A stretch of 63,698 nucleotides of DNA, filler included, from Collodictyon triciliatum (Eukaryota), in NCBI GenBank assembly GCA_043381765.1. It is 15 parts of 15 records of this genome, joined end to end, with 100 filler letters (N's around TTAATTAATTAA, not from the genome) between each part and the next. Parts side by side here need not be neighbours in the genome. Positions count along the whole stretch, not along the records: positions 51,039 to 55,559 come from JBHJMP010006001.1; positions 55,660 to 60,179 come from JBHJMP010006002.1; positions 60,280 to 62,408 come from JBHJMP010006066.1; positions 62,509 to 63,698 come from JBHJMP010006190.1; 11 more parts are not named here. One strand, written 5' to 3'. The position numbers were made by a program, and so were the translations under genes. Every line of letters begins with the position of its first letter. Positions within the stretch are counted from its first letter, which is position 1. The notes below the pieces were generated by a model. That model worked only from the letters and a program-made list of their open reading frames with translations, was not told the origin of the DNA and did no database searches. Shown here in pieces: positions 51,273-63,698 of the stretch.

Positions 51273-54200
51273 TTTGATTTTGTAAAGTATAAATTCGCCA
51301 TCGCCTCAAAAACTTCGACCGTGGGCACCTGGAATTCTCCAAGAGCTTTCATTCGAATCTTCAAAGCATTGTTGTAGTTCGATACAGCCTCTTCTAGTCT
51401 GTGATAGGGATGGATACGTGCATGATAAAAATTAGCAAAACTATTTATTCAATATTACGAATCACTACAAAAATAAAATAAAAAATGAATGGAATGTGCT
51501 ATCAATCTTCAGTATTCATGGTTTATACTTGTTGAGTGAGCCGTAGGCTGAAGCTATGTTGAAGTATGATGTGGCAACACTCTCGTGCTCGGGTCCAAAA
51601 GCCTTGAGGCGGATAGCAAGTCCTTTTGCATATGAGGCCAATGACATGTCGTGCCTGGGTGAATTGATGGATTTGTATATGATGTTGAGTAAGCTGTGCA
51701 TTATGCAAGGAAACACGGAACGGTGACGGAATGGCGACAGGAAGAATTCATTGTACTTTGCCAGCTTAGATTGAGAAAGTCCAACAGAATCGTGGAGTGG
51801 TGGTAAGTCAGCATGGTTTTCCCCATAGTTTGTGATGGTGATTTCCAGTGCGCGGGTGTAGGCCAGCAGCGCACGGTCCCATCTTTGTGTTTGGATTTTA
51901 AAGAGGTTAGTATTTTTTTGTTATTATTATTTTTTTATGTTGGTGTGTTTTGTTGTATTTTGCTATCTTTGATTAACTAAAACGATGGAAGCTTGTCGTG
52001 GCGAAAAGAAAAATAAAAGGCGATAATATGAGGGTATATAACCGCGCCAGATTTTCTTCCATGGTGCCAACTGTTGCATAAAGCTGGCCTAAGAGAACTG
52101 CATTCTCGCCAAGAAGCTTCCTTCTGATTGCTATTTCATTCTCAAACTGCTGACGCGCTCCATCCCAGCTGTAATACAATTCATTTTTCAAGACTTTGAG
52201 TATTTTGAGGTAAAAAGAGCGCTTCCTGAAAAATGTCGAATTTTTTCTGTGTTTGTGCATGGTTATATTTCATGTAGAGCTGTTGGATGTGTCTTAATTG
52301 TTATGAAATATTGGTTGTAAATATTTGGAAAGCACATACTTTGACTGTGTCTTCATCAGCGTTCCAATCAAGTGGTACGTATCTGCAACGTCTGAGTGGC
52401 TCTCTCCAAGGGTCTTTAGGCGAATCTGCAATGCCTTCTGTGCGTTGTTAACAGCCTCCTGAATTCGGTTCGTTTGCACGCAACATTCTGCCATTTCGAG
52501 AGCTGTGGTGGCCACATCCTGGTGATACTCACCCATGGCTGGTATTTGTGCTGCAATGCACTTACCGAGTCACTCAAAAGCATCTGAAAATCTGAGTAAG
52601 CGGAGCAAGGAAATTTTGGTATTAGATACAATCAAAATATGTGACAAATTCGTTTTCATAGACAATAAAGTGCAGCTTAATTTATTTTAATTAAAATATA
52701 AAATATAATAAATAGGGCATAAGCGAGAGTCAATAAAAGAAATACCCGGCTCAAATAATCATCTATTGGAAAACGACAGAAGAGGATTGCTAATTAAAAA
52801 AAAAAAAAAAAGGGATAGATACATAGAGAGATGAAAGATGTCCTCTTACTTTCCTTGCTTCAGCAACCCTTTAGCCATATCTTTATAAACTGAAGCAGTA
52901 CCGCTGTGGTTGCTCCCATACAATGATATTGATATTTGGACACACTTTTTCCCGTATTCAATAGATTTATCAAACCTAGATAAAGTTGCTATTAAAAAAA
53001 AAAAAACACTGTTATCGAAAACAAGGGAAAGATATCATAATTTCGACAGAATATCCAACAAAGGTATTTGTCTAGCAAACCTTCCCATCCCCAAGGACAA
53101 CCGGGTTAAATGGGTGCAGATTTCAAGGGCCTCCACACAGAATTCTCCTTTGAGTTTTGTGACAGTCGCAAGCGCCTGGGTGAAATACTCAAAAGCAACA
53201 GAATCCCTGTTTGGTTGACCATGTAAGTAGATAAAAATAAGCTCATGAATCAAATAGTTTTCGCTTCTTTCAAAAGCTTCAAAATGAGTGCAATATAGTA
53301 TTTTTATGTAAAGTTTTGAGTCTCAGTATACGCGAGGTAACGTACACGTTCTTCTCTTGGTGGGCTCGGGCCAGCCCCATATAACAGGTAAATATATCTA
53401 TGTTCTCTGATGGGTGCAGTTCGAGAAATATTCGAAGGGCCGTTTGGTAGCTCTCAATGGATTTGTCAACGCTGAATCATTGAATATTAATTCATAATGC
53501 GTATAGAACGTAACCTTCCAGAGCGTTTCAATAGGGGGAAAAATGAAATGGGTTGTTGTGCTGCCTCGACTTCTGCAATCTAACTTTAAAAATTGTAGGA
53601 TACTGCATAACAATGAAAATGAATGAACGTACTTTTTCGACGCTTCGTAGATTTGAGCTAGTTGGAGAGTTGCAAGGGCAATACGTGTATGATTGGTGTT
53701 TGCATAGTGTTTTTGATATGTCTGCAGGGAACATTCAGTTTCTATCAGTGCCTCGTTTAACCTAAAAAAAAAAAAAAGCGTGTTACATAATGATGTGGAA
53801 AAAATGGTTATTCGTCTCCTCCTGAGGAAAATAAAAAAGAAATAAAGTCAGATTTACTTATTCGTCATTAGGTAGACTCCTCCAATAGCTTCCCTTGACC
53901 AAGCTACCGAAATATGCGTCTCATCAAAAAGTTTAATACGTATTTCGAGTGATTTCTCAAGATTTTCTAGAGCCTCCACAAACCTGCATCAAGGCAATTC
54001 AGTGATAGCAGGAACACGCATCCAGGAGTACGAATTATGAATCACAATAATCTTTGGACAAATAATTACAAGGAAATTCATACGATGCACGATTTTTGTA
54101 AATGATGCCAACGTTATAATGGCTCCATCCAGTCTCCACATGATAAAGGCCACGCTTTGCTTGGCGCGTTTCGAGTGCGGATAAATGGTAGCGAAGTGCG

Positions 54201-55559
54201 TCATCAAATCTAATTAAGGAACAGTCAGCGTATTGAGTGTGGGGATACTCTCATACCAAACCAACTGATGGGATAATGATGCTATCAAAAAAATTACATC
54301 AAGATACTAAAATTTCGTCTTAAATATTGAAATATTTACTTTCCCTGTCGGATGAAAGTATTTCCTATGTTGTTTTGGATTACAGCGGTTTCAGGGTGGT
54401 CTGGTCCTTTGGTCTCGATGTGGATATTGAGCGATTTGTGAAATGCATCCAATGCCTCATCCAACCTTTGTGCGTTGATAAAAATAAACTTTATATATGG
54501 TTGATTAAATAAGAAAAGCTTATGCTGTTTTTATCTTTTAACATATTGATGTCTATCTGAGAGTTTTCTTTTTAAAAAATAGTATATATAATTAAGCATA
54601 GAACTAAAAATCAATTCATTAGAGAAATAGGGCAGCAAACTTGTCTGATTCTTCAAAGGAACGGCCAAGGTTGTTGTATGACGTGGCAACTTGAGCGCTT
54701 GATTCCCCAAATATACGGAGCCTGATTTCAAGCGCCTTTTTGTGGTGGAGAATAGCGTCCGTGGGTCTATTATTGATTAGTGATAATGAATCAACTGCTC
54801 CCAAATAACCAAAATATGGTTATCAAAGTTGTTTCCATACACTTTTACAAGGGATTCGTAAAGATTAACATTTCTTTGGAAATTGCTATTTCTGCGAATG
54901 GATGATGAAGCATGGGTGGAAAACAGGAGAAAATAAAGTATTGGGTGGTTTACTTTCCAACTTTCAAGTAAGCCCATCCCAGATTGTTGTTGGACATGGC
55001 CAGATCAGGGTGGTCAATGTCGAGTACTTTTGATCGAATCTGGTATGACCGGAGATAATAATCCAACGCGGGGTCGAAACTTTAAAAATTAGGAATTAGT
55101 ATATTTGAAGGAAGTATATTCGTTGCACTGCTTTTTTTTATATAGAAATTAAAAGGTCGATCATATATAACAGAGCTTTCATCATTTACTTTGGTATAAA
55201 GAGATATGTCGGATCCCTATTTGTGAATATATATGTCTAATCACCGAAAGGGAGAAAGGGTGTGATGATAATACCTATCCTGAAGAGCGTGTGCGTTGCC
55301 GATGTGGTTAAGAATATCACTCACAGTTTTGTGGGTATCTCCATGTAACTTCATCCCAATTTCAAAGGCGCAGTTGTAGTGGGATATGGCATCGTCTGAC
55401 CTGGCATTTCCATAACATGCATGAGTATGATGCGGGTTATGTATCTAACATAATTCAATTATCTTTGTGTTGAATAGTAGTTCGGGATTAGTGGAGGAAA
55501 TAATGGAGTAAGGCGGTTTACTACCTCTTTTGATTCAAATAGTTGTTTCCTATCGCTGC
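51273..55559 (-). CDS. TPR-array protein (42-aa TPR_12/NPHP3/KLC-type repeats), internal fragment with 15 complete exons
   Basis: Repeats of the form ALEIRLRIFGESSAQVATSYNNLG; one repeat per exon; one in-frame TGA at 52570-52572. Confidence 0.9.
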
Positions 55560-55982
55560 NNNNNNNNNNNNNNNNNNNNNNNNNNNNNNNNNNNNNNNNN
55601 NNNTTAATTAATTAANNNNNNNNNNNNNNNNNNNNNNNNNNNNNNNNNNNNNNNNNNNNCTTGCAGCTTTTTTTTTTTTTTACTAGTGCCACTTCAATGT
55701 GTATAAACACAAAATATAACCAACTATGTTGCATTGTACTCATTCTTGGGACATCTATCCACCTATTTTTTACATCATTCATAGATACCTGATTACATCG
55801 AAGATATCGAATCTTTAAACATGGATGAATCAGAACACACTGATTTTCAACCTGGTTAGCTTTTTTTCTTATTTCAATATTCCTCATTTATTCATGCCTT
55901 TTTGACATATATACCTAACGTGAAGCCTTATATTTTTATGGTGGTTCGTGTCGGTTTCAAACAATATTGATTGCTGTGTCTC

Positions 55983-58900
55983 ATGACAGCAGTACCATAT
56001 GCACCTTATAAAAAGGAACAGGTTTTTTTCAATACATTACGTTTCCGTTTTAGATTTTCAATATAATCAATCTTCTATGTTTTATATTTATTGATATATT
56101 TTTATTCGTCTTCGTGCATTTTTTTTTTATTAACTGCCATGATAAGTTTCTAACTTTTTGCAAATTCTTGCAAATGCCCAGCCCAAACCACAGCAAATAC
56201 CGAATGGCACTCAAGGAGAAAGAAATCGACTGGAGAAATACCCCAACAAAGGCAATAAACATTCTCTATAATGATTATTCACTCTTTATTATTAATACTT
56301 TTTTATCTATATAGGCGACGTGCAGACTTATTCAATGATTGAAAATGATTTTTAATTGTGCATAGATGTTGAGAATAAGAAACTGGAGACGAAATCAAAA
56401 GATACAAAAGCACTTAAAGCAACAGGAAATAGTACTCGTCTACTTTTATAATAATCTTTCACCAATTCTAGTTTGGACATAATTTCCTTCAAACAATGAT
56501 TCATGAGTTATCAATTTGTATTTACTTATTTCCCAATCAACTTGCAAAATTATTGAAACAAAAATTTCTTCTGGTTTTTTTTTCATCCAGAAGCACCTGA
56601 TGTTGAATTAGAAAAAGGAAAGAAAGGCGGGAAAAAGAGTGAGCCTGTGCCAGTAGTGGACCCTAAAAAGAAAGGTGGAAAAGATGCAAAACTGTCAACC
56701 GATGGAAAATCTCTCAAGGCAATTAGTATTCAAGAAATGTAGAAATAATCAAAAACATAAAAATACATGAAAAATTTGAACCAAAAAAGCATATCCAAAC
56801 ATAAAAACAAATAGCGATTTTTAATTTTATTGTGAATTCAACTATTTTCATAAGGATGGCCCATCAAAAAGTGCAGAAGCCTTACCAGAGAAGAAAGAAC
56901 CGCCACGCATTGTAATAGCTCTTCGACATTTTTGAGTTTTGGAGTGGTTTTTTCCATTGAACATATGTCCTCAAAAATCCAATCCTACGAATATATAATT
57001 CACAAAATCAATATAACTCTTCAACTCGGGTCGAATATTTAGGTTTGGACCGGAAAATTACCGAAAACTTACTTGCATGAGTGGTGTCAGAGGAATAAAG
57101 TATCGAAACCAAGGTTTTATTATCACACGATATACCTCTATAAAATGTTAAGAAAATCGATATGTTATTCAAATTGCTATTAAATTATGTTAAAATGTCC
57201 GCCTTTTTTCTTTTGATTGTTAAGGTTTGAGGAAATGAGATGTAAAGGTGGGCAATACAAATTCCAGATTATAATTGAAGATAAGAAAAAAGGAGATATG
57301 GTATTAGCATCCTTTCCATCAATAATCCTCTTTATTCTTTCATATTAGCTGGCTCAAAGGCGATTTTGACACATTCATTCTTTTTCACGAAGCATTTGCG
57401 CCATATTTTGTTTGATTGGTATAGAAGCATTCGCCAATACCATGATTTTAATTTCTTTAGATATTTAAAGTTGACCAAACATTTCCAACGGTACAAGAAG
57501 CTCAGCATGCAGCGAGCACCAGAGCCCTGTATGAATTGACTGAAGGGCAGCCTCTGTATAGATTATTTCCATCGCCATTCAAGTATGTATAAGTATCCAT
57601 ACATGCGACATATCTATGACCAAGTGCATGAGCATTTACGCATTATATAAGAATCAACAATGTATGGTTCAAAGAAGATAATTTCGATTGAATTATCCTT
57701 CAGAGGATAAGATTGACAATACGGCTCTCTTTTGAATTTTTCTTTTCATTTTTTTTTTTTTTTAGAAAAACAAAAATACGTTTTCACTATGTATAAATAA
57801 CAAAAGTTGAAATTTATTGCAATAAAAAACTAGAGATATGTGGATTTCATGGGAGTCAGAAAAAAAGAGATCTATGGAGGAGACAAAGATAGCATCTGAA
57901 AATCAAAGAAGGAACTTTATCAACCAGTTCATTCCATCTACAGCGATATCTTCGTCTTCTCTAGGGGAAAGCTCAAAGCAACATACTCCAAAATACCCTG
58001 TGGCTTCATCTCCTATCGTCCCTAAGCAGGTAATTTTGAGAATGAACCCCTTCGTTTGTAATGAAGCCTATTCACTTTTGTGACAAAATAAATCATCAAA
58101 TATACATGCAACTTTACTTTTTTTTTTTCCTTACCGAATCAGCAAATAAATCCCGAAATATCACCTCTACATTTTTTTTGTTTTTGTTGTATCATTCGAT
58201 TGCTCAAAGGATTTTTTTCATCAAATAGGATGTTCAAAGTGCACCGAAGAAGGTAGATATACCCGTTTACGCCTCACAGGAGTCGCCTGTTTTTCACTTT
58301 TCGCCGTCTGTCTCTATTCAATTAAAAAAGTCTGCAGAAATCATAACCAAATCTGAAGGGTAAGGTTGTCGACCGATTTTTTCGTGACATATTTTTTTTT
58401 TTTTTTACAGACAGTAACAACTTGCACTCATAAATATACCTTATATAATCAATTATCCTTCTCAACCGACAAAATCCTATTGGCTAAGGTATCAAAATAT
58501 GCTTGGCATTCGAAAGAGGCTCCCCTCCTACCAGTTCCGGGATAAAATAATTTCTGCTATCAATCAGAACCAAGTCGTTGTCATATCTGGTGACACTGGG
58601 TGTGGGAAAACAACCCAAATACCGCAATTTATTCTCGAGCATATGATTGATGCAGGGAAAGGTATCTTATCTTATCAAAAAAGAAGGAATAATAATGAAT
58701 TGTAATGTGACCTTGCAATATTTATTCGGTATATCTTCCAAGATATATGAAACATTCATCATCTTAGATTCACGTGTAATTTTTTTGTTTTGATTGTTAT
58801 TTCGTTTTAACATTTCCATTTCTTTTGTCATATTTTTTATACAAGGTGGCGAATGCAACATCATCTGCACACAGCCACGTCGAATTTCAGCTGTGTCAGT

Positions 58901-60088
58901 GGCGCAGAGAGTTGCCAATGAAAGAGTAGAGATATTGGGAAGCTCAGGATGTCTAACTGGATATCAAGTGCGAATGGAATCAAAGTATTTTTAGTTACTT
59001 CTGTCAACTATTATGCTTGTTTTTTTTTTATCTGAATTATGACTTTTTCATTTCGAACAGACGGTCAAGAGATACACGCCTATTATATTGCACAACTGGA
59101 ATACTATTACGAATTATACAAGGAAATGTCGAATTGAAAGGTTTTTTAATCTATCGCAAATTCAGAAATAACAAATGCCGGCTAATATTTCAAATTTCTA
59201 TAGGTGTAAGCCATGTGATTGTAGACGAAGTACACGAAAGAAGCATAGAGAGCGATTTACTTTTATTAATGCTGCTTCTCCTTTTGAAGAAAGGGTTGAT
59301 TTTTCGATTAATTTTTCTATTCGGCCAAGTGCTTTTTATTTTTACTAATTTATATTTTTTTTTAATTTTTTGAGTAAACACATGCTTCATATTGTTGATT
59401 TTTGGTTACTCCTCAGGTCAAACATAAAATTGATACTTATGAGCGCAACGGTGAATGCGCATTTGTTTGCAAACTATTTCGACAGTTTCTCTAAAGCCAT
59501 TTTAACAGTAACGATTGGTTTCGAATATTCTTTTTTTTCTTAAAAAAAAAAGTAAATGATATATGTCGAGAATGCCAAACTTTAATGAAAGCTAAACTGA
59601 CGTTGACAACTACCTTTGTGTTCAAATCAACTGAGATACCCGGTCGGACCTTTCCTGTGAAAGAATACTATATTGAAGATATTATCGAGCTGACAAACTT
59701 TTCACCACAGGCGTTTGAGGAGGTTACTTTTACTCTGTTATGATTTTAGCGAATTTTTTTCCCTAATAAATAAACACTCCAAACTTTTACGGGCACCAAG
59801 CCAGTCACTGCATTATATAAATATAGTCAGCCATACGATTTACAATCTATTCAAAAAAAAAAAAAAACAACTGATTTTCTTCTCACATGAATGAAATAGG
59901 ACATCGAATATCAGTTGAACTCACCTACTTACAGTTCGGTCTCTGTTCAAGAAAATAAACTTGTCTATAGTTTTCTGGAGGGATATAGTCAAAAAACGAT
60001 TCAGACACTAAATGATATGGATGAGAACACAATTTCTTACGATATCATCGAAGCTACCCTTCGTTTCATTCATTTCACGAAGCCTGAG
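55983..60088 (+). CDS. DHX29: DExH-box RNA helicase DHX29-like, 3'-partial
   Basis: [13 protein letters not shown] and [22 protein letters not shown] (DHX29-type), [38 protein letters not shown]. Confidence 0.85.
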
Positions 60089-60090
60089 GT

Positions 60091-60179
<89 letters not shown>

Positions 60180-60279
60180 NNNNNNNNNNNNNNNNNNNNN
60201 NNNNNNNNNNNNNNNNNNNNNNNTTAATTAATTAANNNNNNNNNNNNNNNNNNNNNNNNNNNNNNNNNNNNNNNNNNNN

Positions 60280-60540
60280 AAAAAAAACTGAGATAAAAAA
60301 CTGAGATAAAAAACTGAGATAAAAAACTGAGATAAAAAACTGAGATAAAAAACTGAGATAAAAAACTGAGATAAAAAACTGAAATAAAAACTGAAATAAA
60401 AAAACTGAAATAAAAACTGAAATAAAAACTGTATTAAAAAAACTGAAATAAAAAAACTGAAATAAAAAAACTGAAATAAAAAGAAATAAAAAGAAATAAA
60501 AAGAAATAAAAACTGAAAAAAACTGAAATAAAAAACTGAA
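60280..60540. repeat. (AAAAACTGAGAT)n minisatellite, degenerating
   Basis: Directly visible. Confidence 0.9.
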
Positions 60541-60624
60541 ACACCAGCAGCGCTCTCAGTGACACCTATATTGGTAATGCGTCGTTTTTTAAAATTACAA
60601 ATACACTAAGATAGTTTAAAATAG

Positions 60625-62066
60625 GCATACATAATCCAATCAAGGCAGCCAAAGAACTGCTGTGTCAGGCACTGACAGGGCCGATGTCACTTGGGCGCGT
60701 TCGTCCCATGTAACACACCCTCTGTAGACAGGAAATATCTCGGGTCATTCATGATGACCCACCTCTTCTAATGAAAGACTACCATAGAATGCTCGCAGGC
60801 GATGCTGCATGGAAATGGGCAGTAAAGAACGGAATTGAGACTGCGGATGAACACCAAATAGCCTCTTACTTGGTCACGGAAAAAGCACACATGACCTGGC
60901 ATGACCACTTATCACGTGTGCAGAACAGTCTTGAAAGCAAATCAAACGTGGTGAGTTGTAGATTTCACACACACAATCTCTCTCATCTTTCCCATCTTCT
61001 TCTACTCGATGATGTCCAGAACAAAACCGGATCAATTATTCTGTCTCATCACAAGGACGCCCTAGGTTTCAACATTTTCATCTGTGTATGATCTTTTATT
61101 CCACAATATGAAGTCGAATCTATATTTTACTATTTTTTGAATATGTAAAAAGGACTTTGGACATGACACAGTTGGTGCTATAGCTCTTGATATTTATGGA
61201 AACACAGCAGCTGGAGTATCCAGTGGTGGTATTTCACTAAAGCTTCCTGGTCGAGTTGGAGAGGTCCTTTTTTTTCTCTAACTTTTTTCCCTCTGATTAT
61301 ATCAGCATGTAACTTGAAACTGGGATATGCCCGGTAAAAGCCGATGAGCTTCTAGTGACAGGGACATCATTTATTGACCCTGTTTGTTTACTTCTTTCAG
61401 GCTGCTATTGGCGGTGTAGGTTGTGTTGCCCGGAACGCAGACGATGAAAATTCCGCGTTCGCTTGTAGTATATCAGGTTTCCACTACATTCACATTGAAT
61501 ATGTTTCAGATAAGAGACTGACTGATGGGGGCTCTCCAGAGATTTACAAAAGATATTCATGCACTTTCATAAAAGGTACCGGTGAGCAAATCATGCAAGC
61601 ACACTTGGCGATGATGTTTCAGCAAAGCGTGTTAGCAGGAAAGGATGCATTTTGCAGCAACCAGCATTCCCTGGAGCATTTCGTGAAAGTAACAAGAGAG
61701 CCCATCGGTGCCAATGCCGGTTTGATATCATTCACAAAGTCGAAAGATGTTCTTGCTTTCTCCTGGGCACATACTACCAGTAGCATGGGCGTCGGGTATA
61801 TATGTCACCTAAAAGCCGAGCCCCAGGTATTTAATGTGCTTGATTAATATAATTCTAAGTGTTTTTGTAATTGATGTTGCTTCTTCTTTTCATTTAAATT
61901 TTGACTTAACTAATCGTAGGTGGTAATCTCAAGAAAAGAGGAATCATCTCACGAAACAACCAAAGATTCGATTGTCACATCTGGAGTTCTTTTCAATCTT
62001 CTACAAGGCGAAGATAATCAAGGGTCTGATTCTGCTGATAATTCTGAATGGAGTCGCGACAGCTAG
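60625..62066 (+). CDS. TASP1: Threonine aspartase 1 (taspase-1), 5'-partial
   Basis: [59 protein letters not shown]. Confidence 0.9.
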
Positions 62067-62513
62067 CGTACATCGCGTCTTGATTCTTGACAAATGTACA
62101 GTTTCCTTGCTTGTTAGATGCTTTCTACCACAAATATAAATTATGATTGAGGTTTCTTTTTCTTGGAAAACATCTTACTATGACTTATGATGCACCATTT
62201 TGTTAATAGCAGTGCGCTCATTCTTTTCATCACTCACCAAACAGCATTTGTGTCTTAGAATAATCCCACAAAGTCTTTATGAATATTCCTACTCTTCTTT
62301 TCCCTTTTCCCTTTTCCCTTTTTTTTTTTTTTTTTTTTTTTTGTCCCATTAAAAATTTTCTATTTTAATTTTTTTTTTATGTTTGGTAGGCCCCCGAAAA
62401 TTTTTAAANNNNNNNNNNNNNNNNNNNNNNNNNNNNNNNNNNNNNNNNNNNNTTAATTAATTAANNNNNNNNNNNNNNNNNNNNNNNNNNNNNNNNNNNN
62501 NNNNNNNNAGAAG

Positions 62514-62595
<82 letters not shown>

Positions 62596-63069
62596 AAGCA
62601 GCTTACGTGCTATTGGCAAAATGCATGATGAAGAAGAATGCATTTCGTGGTGTGACCTGTCATATACACTGTGCGTATAGTTCATGATGGAGCGAGATTG
62701 CTGCAAATAAAGAAACAACTTCAATTTTTCGCCTTTTTCGATTCAAGGGAAGGGGGTTTCTCAAGAATTTCAATCTTAATCTGTTATGCAGGCCAGACAA
62801 ATGAAAATATGGACGAGAGTGAAGCCGAAGAAAAATATGGAGATCATGTCAATGACCAGTTCTTTTCAAAGTACAGACACATTTGGGAACCAAAAAAATT
62901 ATTATTTGATTTGCCTGGATTATTGGAGCAGCAGATGTTAGATGCTCTGCAATCCCTATCGAAGATCTGGATGTTTCTCATCAAAATAAATATTATGAAA
63001 AAAATTACAAGGTGAAATAAGGCAGGAAAAGTAAAAAATAAAATAAAATAAGAGTATAAATGAAACAGT

Positions 63070-63420
63070 CATTTGCTCTCTTTTGGAATGATGTTTCTGG
63101 AAAGTCGTCGTTTTCATAACGCAAACAAACCGGTCCTGCAGCTGACGTTTCTTTGAGGAGCGTATGGTCATGCCGACGATATGCGAAGTGGGCGCTCGTG
63201 TTTGAAGGAGGGTTTCTGGATCATGAGTTCCTTTCTCGTGGTTTTTCCTGGAGTAGTCGCTGGGAAAGGACATTTGGCACTCTTGATTACGGCAGCGGAA
63301 AATGCGCTTCGCACTCTTGATCTTGTAACTGAAGGACGACATGCAGCGGGTCATCAGGTCCATGTCTGAGGCAGACACCATGCCAAGGCAGATTGATGAC
63401 CTGCTTGACTTCTCTTTTCC
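63070..63420 (-). CDS. Exon encoding a C2H2 zinc finger (fragment)
   Basis: FRCRNQECQMSFPSDYSRKNHEKGTH; gene context unresolved. Confidence 0.5.
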
Positions 63421-63698
63421 CTGAAAAATAAAAACTGGCCTGTTTGGCCCGGTCAGTCCCCAGGATTTGTGCTAGCAGCAAAGCAGGCTGCAGGCTTGCT
63501 TTTGTGCCATAACATGCTATTTGGTTTTCATTTTACCCTTACATATTTTTTTAAAAAAAAATTGGCTTGCGTTCTTTTTGTTATAGTAATTATATTTTTT
63601 TGTATTTATGGCTTTTTATGGTTTTTTTGTTTTTTTTGTTTTTTTTGTTTTTTTTGTTTTTTTTGTTTTTTTTGTTTTTTTTGTTTTTTTTTTTTTTT

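Overview
This window is not one locus. It is about 15 eukaryotic contigs, most about 4.5 kb and apparently sorted by size, joined by an artificial 100-nt spacer (N44-TTAATTAATTAA-N44), so genes on opposite sides of a spacer are not shown to be neighbours. The source is an intron-rich, microsatellite-rich, flagellated, mitochondriate protist using the standard genetic code. Recognisable spliced genes are MSH3, translin, an MFS transporter, PP2A B55, YJU2, an HS2ST/UST-like sulfotransferase, PGM3, an RSPH1-like MORN protein, an M28 aminopeptidase, a plant-type soluble pyrophosphatase, QCR7, a TPR-array protein, DHX29 and taspase-1. There is also an intronless 996-aa membrane protein and degenerate L1/Tx1-type LINE fragments. 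Main observations: (1) a TPR gene built of symmetric phase-2 cassette exons, almost all 126 nt and one repeat each; (2) an apparently disrupted MSH3 carrying a U12-like AT intron in a genome full of simple repeats; (3) an argininosuccinate synthase pseudogene and other decaying genes; (4) a LINE with a 5' inversion of the twin-priming type. All gene models were assembled by eye and identifications are from recalled motifs, not database searches.
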